Positions 44,115 to 53,281 are shown, counted from the stretch's first letter. The stretch: DNA of 64,000 bases from an uncultured delta proteobacterium (GCA_963695875.1 CAVOID010000009.1:64001-128000); one strand, 5' to 3'. Notes: generated from the sequence alone by a model not told the origin. Program-made: numbers and translations.

Positions 44115-46195
44115 ATGAAGCGTCGCCACTCGAAGCGATTTACTAAAAATAAGTTTCACAGAAATCCTAAATCCCGCGATCATGCAAGATTACAGGCAGA
44201 CGCTGAACCGGTGCTGAAAGGGATCTTTGCAAAAATCGGAAAGCCCGTCTCGGCACCATTTGCCCCGGACATTTTTCAGCTTCGCGCACTGGAAGCCATC
44301 AGAAGGACTGATTGTCTCGTGGTTGCACCTACAGGTGCCGGGAAAACATGGATCGCCGAGCAGGCGATTCTGTCCGTCTTCAGCAGGGGCGGACGATGCT
44401 GGTATGCCTCTCCTCTGAAGGCACTGACCAATGCCAAATGGGTCGAATTCGGACTCCAGTTTGAAAGCCGGAATGTCGGCATCCTGACAGGCGACACCAA
44501 GGAAAACACCGATGCACCCATCATCGTCGGCACGACGGAAATCCTGAGAAACCAGCTCTATGATGTCATGCACCGCGGGGACGACCTGAATTGTGATCTT
44601 GTCATTCTCGATGAGGCACATTTTCTGGGAGATGACGACAGGGGCGTTGTGTGGGAGGAAGTCATGATCTACCTCCCTGTCAGGATAAATCTCCTCTTGC
44701 TGTCAGCCACCATCGGCAACGGCGATGAGATCGCCCAATGGCTTTCCACCATACGGGGAAAGGAATGCGTTGTCATTAGAGAAGAAAAGAGGCCGGTCCC
44801 TCTGTATCCCCTGTTTCTCCATCCCTCCGGGAGAATCATGCCGTACCTGGAAAAGAAAAGGCTTTTCAGGAAGATCAGCGAATTCCTCGATGAAAAACAG
44901 AACAGGAGACCATATCGCGGGAAGCCCCCTCATTTTGGGGAAATAATCAGAATTTTGGGGAAATTTCAGCTTCTGCCGGCCATCTTTTTCCTTAAATCAC
45001 GATCGGAGTGCGATGCTGCGCTGAAAACCTGCGGGAGGTTATCGGACATTGGACAAGACGATTCTTTTCATTATACCCTGGAAGAACTCATCTCCCGTTT
45101 CCCTTATCTGAAAAACCATAAACAGCTTCATTACCTTACAGACTCAAGGGTGGCCTCCCATCACGCGGGACAGCTCCCTTCCTGGAAATTTCTCGTGGAG
45201 ACAATGATGAAAAGGGGACATCTCCGCGCCATCTTCGCCACGTCCACCGTCGCGGCCGGCGTAAATTTCCCCGCAAGAACCATTGTCCTGTTCAACTCGG
45301 ATCTCTTCAACGGCCGCGAATTCAACCCTTTGACAGGGTACGGAATTTCATCAAATGACGGGAAGGGCCGGGAGGCGCGGCCAGGACAATATCGGCTTCA
45401 TGCTGGTGGTTCCCGGCAGGTTCATGGATATCCTGCATATCAGGCGTCTTCTCTTCAAGAGACCTGAAGATATTCTGAGCCAGATAAAGAATGATTTTTC
45501 CATGGTACTGAATCTCCTTTTATCCCAAACGCCGGAGGATATCAGGAGAATCTTCGAAAATTGCCTCGCGATGTATCAGCACACCCACAGAAAAAAGGGA
45601 GAATACGCGCAGACTGACAGCTCTGACCTGTGGGAAGATTTTCAGAGGCATCTGAATTTTCTCAAGGAAGAAGGATTCGTCGACGAAAATAATCGGCTTA
45701 CGGAAAACGGCTTCTGGGCATCCAAGTTGAGGCTGGATCAACCCCTGCTCATCGCCGAATGTCATAAAGCAGCAGTCTTTCCCGACCGATGATGAAAAAC
45801 TTCTGGCAGCAGTCATTGCCCCTTTTGTCTACGATGGCGATCAGAATATAAAAATGACCGAGCAAAAAACTCTCGCGAAAACTGATCCGGCTGTTACAAC
45901 CGGGTAATCACGACATTAAGGCCGCTCTCTGAACGTATGAAGGCCGCCGGATTTTCCTGTATCCCCACTCTACCTGTGGACATCTTCAGTGATTTATGAT
46001 TGGGCAAGAGGCGTTGACTGGGATGAAATCATCGAAACCGCAGGGATTTCTGACGGAGACATGGCAATGCTGGTTCTCCGAACCGCCGATAACTTACGGC
46101 AGATCACATCCCTGAAAGAAACACATCCTGAAATGGCGGAACTTGCTTTCAAGGCAAGAGAATCAATTCTGCGAGAACCGGTTATTTTCGAATAA
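44115..46195 (+). CDS. Ski2/HelY-like DExH-box RNA helicase (several frameshifts in the 3' half)
   Basis: APTGAGKT, SPLKALTN, TTEILRN, DEAH, SAT, HHAG, GRAGRRG. Confidence 0.9.
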
Positions 46196-46250
46196 AGGGA
46201 AATTCTTCCCCAAAATCCAACATTATTTTCAAACCATTAAAAAATGCTAT

Positions 46251-46325
46251 TGCCATTTTAAAAAGCTCTACTCCTGTCATTTCGAAAAACATCACTCCTG
46301 TCATTTAGACCGGAGGGAGAAATCT
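46251..46325. repeat. 24-bp-period tandem repeat ending in a REP-like half element
   Basis: TGYCATTT at 46251, 46275, 46299; ACTCCTGTCATTT exact at 46270 and 46294. Confidence 0.55.
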
Positions 46326-46441
46326 TGAAACTGGCATGAAGTAATTGTTTTTCCAAAAGCCTCATATATTTGTTGCTTGACTTTTTCGTCAACAATAGGA
46401 TAAAAGGCACGATTCTTAAACAATTTCTTTTACACCTCAAC

Positions 46442-46517
46442 GTCCCCATCGTCTAGAGGCCTAGGACACCGGCCTTTCACGCCGGTAACCGGGGTTCGAA
46501 TCCCCGTGGGGACGCCA
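46442..46517 (+). tRNA. tRNA-Glu (TTC)
   Basis: 76 nt; acceptor GTCCCCA/TGGGGAC, anticodon arm CCGGC-CTTTCAC-GCCGG, GGTTCGAATCC T-loop, encoded CCA. Confidence 0.98.
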
Positions 46518-46845
46518 AGTAATGAATACAATTATTCATAAGTTTTTTCTTTAACCCATTTTACATTGGTATCCGATAAGACCCCACCATATACCCCACC
46601 AAGAAGATATAAATTGATAAATATTACAAACAGCGTCATGATAAATTTTTGCGCAGATGATCAGGTGCTATCCATGCCACCCCTCCTTCCTGAAATCGAT
46701 TAAACTGCCTTTATCGCGGGCATGCCTCCCTAGTAATATCAATGAACGGCCCTTATGTACCCCTTCCTTACTTTCAACAAGCTCTCACATGCGTATCAGT
46801 GGAAACCGAACAGCGATAATTGCCATATATAATAAGAAAATTTTC

Positions 46846-46932
46846 TTGACATTCAAAAAACCTGCCCTTATATTTCCCTAACGGAACGGCAATATATTAT
46901 CAATAAAGCATTACGGTAACGTTACTTGTAAC
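46846..46932 (+). promoter_or_regulatory. sigma70 promoter plus downstream palindromic operator
   Basis: TTGACA 46846-46851, 17 bp, TATATT 46869-46874; GGTAACGTTACTTGTAAC 46915-46932 just before the RBS. Confidence 0.7.
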
Positions 46933-46946
46933 ATGGGAGTGTTCTT

Positions 46947-47363
46947 ATGGGAACGGGAAAAGAGCGGATTCGCAGATGGCGCGAACGAAATAAGACAGAG
47001 GGCAGGCAATCTGTCACAATTGTCATCTCTAAAAAGGCATATTATGTTCTAAGTAAAGAAAAAGAAAAGACAGGTGACAATTATGGTACCATAGTAGAAA
47101 AGGCACTCCTGAACATGAAAAGACATCCGTCTTTGATGGGTAACGTTACAAGTAACGTGTCGGGTAGTGTCGAAAGCAACGCGATTGTTCCGACTGTAAC
47201 TGTTACGACTAAGAAGCTCATTGATGAAGGCGATTACCCCACCAGCATAAATCATTCTCGATCCAGGAATGAAGGAATCATTTTCGACGGCGCAGAAACG
47301 CGGAATTATGGTTTTTTCACGCGTATTTTAAAAAATTCCAGAAGGAAACTCTTCATACGTTGA
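46947..47363 (+). CDS. Hypothetical, putative DNA-binding protein (basic helix plus RHH-like segment)
   Basis: KERIRRWRERNK then strand QSVTIVIS and two helices; GGGAG RBS and strong promoter. Confidence 0.6.
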   Translation: MGTGKERIRRWRERNKTEGRQSVTIVISKKAYYVLSKEKEKTGDNYGTIVEKALLNMKRHPSLMGNVTSNVSGSVESNAIVPTVTVTTKKLIDEGDYPTSINHSRSRNEGIIFDGAETRNYGFFTRILKNSRRKLFIR

Positions 47364-47439
47364 GGCACGTGTAAAACACAGCATGAGGGCAATCCTTGAC
47401 CCACCTGAGGTCTGTGACGCCCCCTTCTTGAAGACCTTG

Positions 47440-47979
47440 TCAGAATTTGGTCCGCGTTAATTTGATCACAGAATCTGATTTTTTCTCCCCCTTTTCATAA
47501 AGTGACCAAGTTTGAGTGATACTGTCTTTGCTGTCAAAAGAAATTTTGAGAGAGTGCATATGAGTTTCCTTTACCGAGGCAAGGTTTGGATACTTTTCGG
47601 AAAGGACAAACATCATATTGGTCTCACCGTGGTTCATGAGTTCCATACGAGGTTGGTTTCCCAGCGAGCAGTAGTGGGTCATGGTTAATTTGCCGTTGAA
47701 ATCATAATAAACCGTGACCATCTCATGGGGAAGTCCGACAAAGAGTCTCTCAAGGATGGCGCTTCCAGCCGAGGTAAGTTCATAAGTGGCCTTGATTGTC
47801 TGCGGTCCTTTTCCCATATCAGTTGTCCCTTGCCAAACACCAACGAGCTCTTTCATCTTTTCAAAGTCTCTGGAATGGGTAACGGCGTCCACCTTGTACT
47901 CTCCGGCTTCGCTCATCCAGACATGACTTAAAGGCACAATCAATCCCAGTATCAAAACAATCAAAAGAAATCTTTTCAT
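47440..47979 (-). CDS. Exported uncharacterised beta-rich protein
   Basis: Signal peptide; LVGVWQG, HEMVTVY, THYCSLGNQPRM; AGGAGG RBS. Confidence 0.75.
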   Translation of the reverse strand: MKRFLLIVLILGLIVPLSHVWMSEAGEYKVDAVTHSRDFEKMKELVGVWQGTTDMGKGPQTIKATYELTSAGSAILERLFVGLPHEMVTVYYDFNGKLTMTHYCSLGNQPRMELMNHGETNMMFVLSEKYPNLASVKETHMHSLKISFDSKDSITQTWSLYEKGEKKSDSVIKLTRTKF

Positions 47980-48366
47980 CCTTATTCTCCTCCTTGTTTT
48001 TAATGAAGTCCCCGGAGGAATATTGAGAATATCAATCCTTCCTCCTTAATTATCCTATTAAAGAAACACACTGGTTGTTTGCAATAGTGGATAGCCTGAT
48101 ATTCGATTTCTAAATCCTTTAGAGAATAATCAGGGAATGGAGAATAGACATACTGGATCATAGGAGTGCGCTACATCTGACAGAAAGTTGTATGAAAAGC
48201 CAAAACTCGGTTTGCAATTTGTCGGGTAGGAGCCTACCGTAGGCATATACTACTAAACGTTTTAAAAAGTCTATATGTTACTGATTATAGAATCGTCGAC
48301 AAGCTTTTGATCAATCATATGGATTTTGCTGCCTTCTTATTTCCGTTCAGCAACTATGGACCATAT

Positions 48367-49323
48367 TCATACAAACCTGATTGCCAGTCTTTCGCAATGG
48401 GGTGCGCAGTATCCGCACAGGATACATAGTTCGTGGTCAACTTTCGCCTTCCCATCCATCAATGAGAGGGCCTGGTTATCACAATGTGCCAGGCATTCGC
48501 CGCAGCCGATACATACTATTTCCAATATGTTTAGCCGCTTAGTATTAAGAGAAGTCTTCTGCGACAATTCTTCACTTATGGAAAGGCCGGAAGCAAAGCG
48601 GACATTCCATTCAACCTCAAGCGGCGTTACCATACCCACCGCGACGGCATCTATCGCGCTCTGATCGAAAATAAATTGGAAAGCCTTCTCCCGTTCGGAG
48701 ACAAAATTTCCCCCAGCCAGGGATTTCATCGCATAGATAAACTTGCCCGCGGAATGAGCTTCCTGTATGACATGAAGCATTTCGTCGGCTGTCCCGTCTA
48801 TAATACCCATCCCTTTCATATTTATGAGCGGGTGAATGACATCAATTTCAGGGTGACGAGCCGCATCACGGACGCTTTGTATGGTATGCGAACTTATGCC
48901 TACCATCCCAATGAGTCCTTTTTGACGCGCTGTGACAAGAGCATCGAGAGTCGGCCCCCACAGTTCCTCTGTAAAAGGAGTACGTGCGCAATGGCACAGC
49001 ATTATATCTATCGTCTCACGACCAAGTTCCTTCAACGCAATCGCGATATGCTTTTCAGCTATGTCTCGATCTTTCTGGGCGTGCGTCTTTGTGGCTATGG
49101 TCACTATCCCCTTCCAACCTTTGAGTCCGCGGACAATGTGCTCATACGTACGGTACATAGTAGCGGTGTCAATAAAATTGATCCCGCTCTCAACGGCCGA
49201 CCGTACCACTTCGGCTCCCTGTTGCGGGGAAAGAGTGCGTTGAAGAGGGCCCATCGGCAGCGCACCCAAACCCAGGCGGGTGACAGACCTGCCCAATTTC
49301 GGTATGTAGCGGGTTTCAAGCAT
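48367..49323 (-). CDS. Aldo/keto reductase with C-terminal 2x[4Fe-4S] ferredoxin domain
   Basis: GINFIDTATMY, IATK, GISSH, AMKSLAGG; CIGCGECLAHC and CILCGYCAPHC; start MLETRY at 49323. Confidence 0.92.
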   Translation of the reverse strand: MLETRYIPKLGRSVTRLGLGALPMGPLQRTLSPQQGAEVVRSAVESGINFIDTATMYRTYEHIVRGLKGWKGIVTIATKTHAQKDRDIAEKHIAIALKELGRETIDIMLCHCARTPFTEELWGPTLDALVTARQKGLIGMVGISSHTIQSVRDAARHPEIDVIHPLINMKGMGIIDGTADEMLHVIQEAHSAGKFIYAMKSLAGGNFVSEREKAFQFIFDQSAIDAVAVGMVTPLEVEWNVRFASGLSISEELSQKTSLNTKRLNILEIVCIGCGECLAHCDNQALSLMDGKAKVDHELCILCGYCAPHCERLAIRFV

Positions 49324-49340
49324 ATGTATCACTCTTCGAT

Positions 49341-49458
49341 TTGAAGCTCTCCGCAGTAAGCTGCGGAGAATCTTCGATCCACAAGGAATAATATTGTTCC
49401 CCATTCGCTCGCTTACCCCGCAGCAAGCTACGGAGAATGCGCTCGCTGCCGGATTCAA
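49341..49458. repeat. REP/MITE-like element with two related hairpins
   Basis: TCTCCGCAG-TAAG-CTGCGGAGA (49348-49369), second copy CCCCGCAG-CAAG-CTACGGAG (~49416-49435); ends TTGAA / TTCAA. Confidence 0.65.
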
Positions 49459-49750
49459 GATATCGTTTCAATACAAACCTGTAACTCTTTGGATACCATC
49501 CTGCATTGATTCGAGCAAACCGGTTTCTCCCGGTACTTCATTTTGATGTTTGTTTTAACGGCATTTAAAATCTTGCATACTTATCAGAATTCGTCAATTG
49601 AAGAGTTCAGGGCGCAAATTTTTCGAAGGCAGAATAAAATTTAAAATCGGTAGAATCAAAAAACTGAGATATACATTGTACCAGGCGCAGTGATATTATA
49701 TTGATCTGATCAGAGATAAAGATGCGTCAAAAAAAATAGGAGGACATGCG

Positions 49751-51316
49751 ATGCGTAGTACCATTATCATAGTAGGGGCCGGTCTCGCAGGTATGGTCGC
49801 AGCATATGTAGCTCAGCAAGGTGGAGCTGATGTGGTATTGGTAGACAGGGGACCAACCGGGATTGGAACCAACTCGTCTCTTGCAAACGGAGTTTTTGCC
49901 GGGCCAACTCATCACTATGGTATTAATGCATATGTACAGGATACACTAGAGACGGGGAGGCATATTAACAGCCAATCTGTCGTGAGGCTTGTCGCGCAAG
50001 AAGCTCCAGGCGCTTTTAAGTTCCTCCGTTCATTAGGCCTCGTCCTCAGGGAAACCTCTAACCACCATATTGTAGAATCCCCATTGCCAGGTGTCATCCC
50101 CGGGATCATACTGATGAAGAAGCTATCTGAAACCCTGAAAAGTCTGGAAAGGATACGTATCATAAAGGGCTTCTATGTAACTGAGATTCTGGTCAGAGAA
50201 AACCAGGCTCGCGGCGTAAAAGGCATCAACGGAAAAGGGGAAGAGATTTCAATCCCATCCCCGGCTGTTGTGCTGGCCGCAGGAGGCGCAGGGGCTATTT
50301 ATCTGAGAAACGACAATCAGAAGAAAATACTGGGACAAGGGTATTATTTGGCTGCCAAAACCGGCCTTCATTTATGGGACATGGAGTTCGTTCAGTTCTA
50401 TCCCCTGGTGATTGCCGAACCCGGTCTGCCTCAAATGCTTGTCTATCCACCTTACCCGGTTGAAGCAAGACTCATCAATGCATCCGGTGAAGACATAATA
50501 GGAAAATACAATCTTGGCGATATTAACAGAGCGATCAGAAAAAAAAGGGATGAAATTTCCGCGTTGCTTTTCGAAGAGAGTCAGATTGGTCCTATATATA
50601 TGGATTTTCGTGATGTCCCCGGGCCTTCATGGGAAACCCATCCTCTCAGCCTTCTGAAGAGAATAAGGTTTGATTTCCGTTCAAAACGCGTTGCCGTAGC
50701 ACCCGCCGCTCATTTTTTTATGGGGGGTGTGCGTACGGATAACAATGGACAGACTGATATAAAAGGCCTCTTCGCGTGCGGAGAAGTAGTTTGGGGGCTT
50801 CACGGCGCAAATAGAATGGGTGGAAACGCCCTTACAGAATGTGTGGCAACCGGCAGTATTGCAGGCAGGCACGCCGCACAGTACTGCCGAAACTTTCCGG
50901 TGGATTCTTTGCATCGTGAAGAGATTACGAAAGCTTCAGTTCCCCGGCGGCCGCCGTCAAAGGTTGATTTCAGAGGGCTACTAAGAATTACAAGAGAGAT
51001 CGCCTGGAATTATGCGGGAGTTGTACGATCTGAGGCATGCATGCAAGAAGGCATTGCAAAAGTTGCTGAGGCAAAGGGGCGATTTAGGGAAATGATCCCA
51101 AATAATCCGGCAGAAAGAATTCTCATGGAGGATCTGATGAGCGCTCTTTTTACGCTCGAAGCGATACTTGCAGCAAGTCTGGGCAGACAGGAAAGTCGTG
51201 GAAGCTTTATTCACAAGGATTTCCCTGATGAAGATAATGTCAACTGGCGCAAAAATTCTTGTCTGCGGTATTCTCCGGAAGAAGGAAGTTTTAGTGTAGA
51301 CTATTATGCGGGTTAG
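49751..51316 (+). CDS. FAD-dependent oxidoreductase, SdhA/FrdA/NadB superfamily
   Basis: GAGLAG, DMEFVQF, HFFMGG, GLHGANRMGGNAL, RQESRG. Confidence 0.9.
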   Translation: MRSTIIIVGAGLAGMVAAYVAQQGGADVVLVDRGPTGIGTNSSLANGVFAGPTHHYGINAYVQDTLETGRHINSQSVVRLVAQEAPGAFKFLRSLGLVLRETSNHHIVESPLPGVIPGIILMKKLSETLKSLERIRIIKGFYVTEILVRENQARGVKGINGKGEEISIPSPAVVLAAGGAGAIYLRNDNQKKILGQGYYLAAKTGLHLWDMEFVQFYPLVIAEPGLPQMLVYPPYPVEARLINASGEDIIGKYNLGDINRAIRKKRDEISALLFEESQIGPIYMDFRDVPGPSWETHPLSLLKRIRFDFRSKRVAVAPAAHFFMGGVRTDNNGQTDIKGLFACGEVVWGLHGANRMGGNALTECVATGSIAGRHAAQYCRNFPVDSLHREEITKASVPRRPPSKVDFRGLLRITREIAWNYAGVVRSEACMQEGIAKVAEAKGRFREMIPNNPAERILMEDLMSALFTLEAILAASLGRQESRGSFIHKDFPDEDNVNWRKNSCLRYSPEEGSFSVDYYAG

Positions 51317-51340
51317 CTAGGGACATGAATACCGCTGTCG

Positions 51341-51754
51341 TTATTTAATTTTTCCGGTACCCGACATGCTCAACGAGCCATGCTTGACTCCCTTGAGAGC
51401 TTTTAAGGTATCGGCAAGTTTGCTGACCTTCCCGTAATTTCCTTTTACGGCCACGATCTCCAGGCAGTTATGATGATCCAGATGAATATGCTGTGATGAT
51501 TGTATAATGTCCTGATGATCGTGCTGGACGTCAATAATTTTATTCAAGAGGTCCCGCTGATGATGGTCATAGATGAAGGTTATCGCGCCTGCGACTTCCC
51601 GGTCTTCTTCCAACTCTTTCTTCAGCAATTCCTGGCGGATCAAATCGCGAATGGCTTCCGACCGGTTTGTGTATTTTCGCCTCTTGATAAGGTTGTCGAA
51701 ATTGGCAAGCAAGGCCTTTTCCAAGGAGATCCCGAATCTGATTATGTCAGACAT
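51341..51754 (-). CDS. nikR: Nickel-responsive regulator NikR
   Basis: RFGISL RHH strand, NRSEAIRDLIR, YDHH, HIHLDHHNCLE. Confidence 0.96.
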   Translation of the reverse strand: MSDIIRFGISLEKALLANFDNLIKRRKYTNRSEAIRDLIRQELLKKELEEDREVAGAITFIYDHHQRDLLNKIIDVQHDHQDIIQSSQHIHLDHHNCLEIVAVKGNYGKVSKLADTLKALKGVKHGSLSMSGTGKIK

Positions 51755-51765
51755 ATCTTACTCCG

Positions 51766-51848
51766 GTGTTGTTCATGGCTTATTCGTAATACATCCATGT
51801 CGGCCTGTCAAACGGTACTTGTATGACCATCAGTGCACACCATAACAT
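51766..51848. promoter_or_regulatory. Two candidate NikR operators in the nikR leader
   Basis: GTGTTG-N15-TAATAC (51766-51792) and GTATGA-N16-TAACAT (51821-51848) flanking a minus-strand TTGACA (51806-51811). Confidence 0.45.
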
Positions 51849-51995
51849 TATTTCAACCGGCAGCCATTTTACTCTAAAGTATAATTCCTTAGTTTTCAAC
51901 GTCTAAATGTTACCCGTGGCAGCTTAAAGATGCGGGTTTTCATTGGTATAAAGAGGATAAATTGCGCATCAAACCTTATTTTATCCTTTTTATAA

Positions 51996-52063
51996 GTAGC
52001 TTATACCTACCATTGCACTACTATTTTATCATCATTGCCTTACATCGATAAGCACACTAATCT
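51996..52063 (+). promoter_or_regulatory. Shared activator-type promoter, copy 1 (usp-usp-bfr)
   Basis: GTAG-N7-CTACC 51996-52011, TTGCCT 52035-52040, 17 bp, TAATCT 52058-52063. Confidence 0.7.
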
Positions 52064-52142
52064 GCGACCAGAAGATTATTCCAAGGCATTTCGCATGATA
52101 AAATATGTTCTGGAAAAATTACTTTAACTAAAGAAGATAATT

Positions 52143-52595
52143 ATGTTTGTCCCAAAACGTATTCTTGTTCCGACGGACTTTTCCAATTACGCATCATACG
52201 CGCTGAAGCATGCCATTGATATTGCCAAACAGTATCAAGCGGAGATACACCTGCTTCACGTGATTGATGAGAAAATACAGCAGTGTCTCGTCGATTACTG
52301 CCTCAGCGATGCCATAATGGAGCAAATTGCGAAGGAAAGTGTAAAGACGTCTACTGAAAAACTCCAGCAGGAGGCACTCCGCGTGACTGATGCCAATCCG
52401 GGCGTGGAGATTTCCTACAATGTAAGGCAGGGGGTCCCCTATGAGGAGATCATGAACGAGCAGGAGGAGAAAAAAATAGATTTGATTGTGATTGCCTCCC
52501 ACGGCAAGACGGGAAGCCTGAAACATCTCATGGGCAGTGTTGCCGAAAAGGTTTTAAACGGAGCCAAGTCTCAGGTTCTCCTGGTCAAAAGTTGA
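52143..52595 (+). CDS. Universal stress protein
   Basis: ILVPTDFS, LLHV, DLIVIASHG, MGSVAEKV. Confidence 0.95.
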   Translation: MFVPKRILVPTDFSNYASYALKHAIDIAKQYQAEIHLLHVIDEKIQQCLVDYCLSDAIMEQIAKESVKTSTEKLQQEALRVTDANPGVEISYNVRQGVPYEEIMNEQEEKKIDLIVIASHGKTGSLKHLMGSVAEKVLNGAKSQVLLVKS

Positions 52596-52657
52596 AGGAT
52601 ATTTTAATTTCAGGAAAATAAAGATAGGCGCATACAAAATAAAAAAAGGGAAACGTT

Positions 52658-53110
52658 ATGTTTGAGCCTAAAAATATTTTAGTGCCGACGGATTTTTCCG
52701 CCTATGCTGACAAGGCGCTGAGAATAGCTGTCGAGATCGCAAAAAAGTATAACGCAAAGATTTACCTTCTGCATGTCATCAGTGAAGTATTGTATGAGTG
52801 CGGTGTTGATTATTGTCTGAGTAACGCGGATTTGCTGGAGATAGAACAGGTGAGTATGAAAACTTCTACAGATAAACTGCAGGAAGAAGTTAAGAGAATT
52901 AAAGCCTCTTCTGAAGGGTTAGATATAATCTTCGATATAAAGAGGGGGCACCCTTATGAGACGATATTAAACGAACAGGATGACAAAAAGATAGATCTGA
53001 TTGTGATTGCATCACACGGAAGAACCGGGCTCATGAAGCATCTCATCGGCAGTGTTGCCGAAAGGGTTTTAAGGGGAGCCAAGTGTAATGTCCTATTGGT
53101 TAAAAGTTGA
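52658..53110 (+). CDS. Universal stress protein (tandem paralog)
   Basis: ILVPTDFS, DLIVIASHGRTG, IGSVAERV. Confidence 0.95.
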   Translation: MFEPKNILVPTDFSAYADKALRIAVEIAKKYNAKIYLLHVISEVLYECGVDYCLSNADLLEIEQVSMKTSTDKLQEEVKRIKASSEGLDIIFDIKRGHPYETILNEQDDKKIDLIVIASHGRTGLMKHLIGSVAERVLRGAKCNVLLVKS

Positions 53111-53155
53111 CAAGCAGTTTGGGGATCATATCCGATGAAGCTGCCGGCATATCGA

Positions 53156-53220
53156 GGATTCAGGGAGTCAAGGATTCAACGGAATGGTTCAAAGATTTGA
53201 ACCCTCGAATACTGGAATCC
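53156..53220. repeat. Octamer-unit inverted repeat
   Basis: GGATTCAG-GGAGTCAA-GGATTCAA facing TTGAACCC-TCGAATAC-TGGAATCC. Confidence 0.6.
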
Positions 53221-53281
53221 TTTTTGTAACTGAATGTGAGAAGAACCTAAATTAATCTAAACTAAGTAAGAGGAGGTAATC

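Noticed and set aside
46251..46325. CRISPR array
   Set aside because: The period is only 24 bp, there are no spacer-length unique segments and no cas genes
46520..46790. Minus-strand micro-ORFs with strong RBSs (MPAIKAV; MDST then TGA)
   Set aside because: Too short to support; possibly debris of an excised element; no SECIS after the TGA
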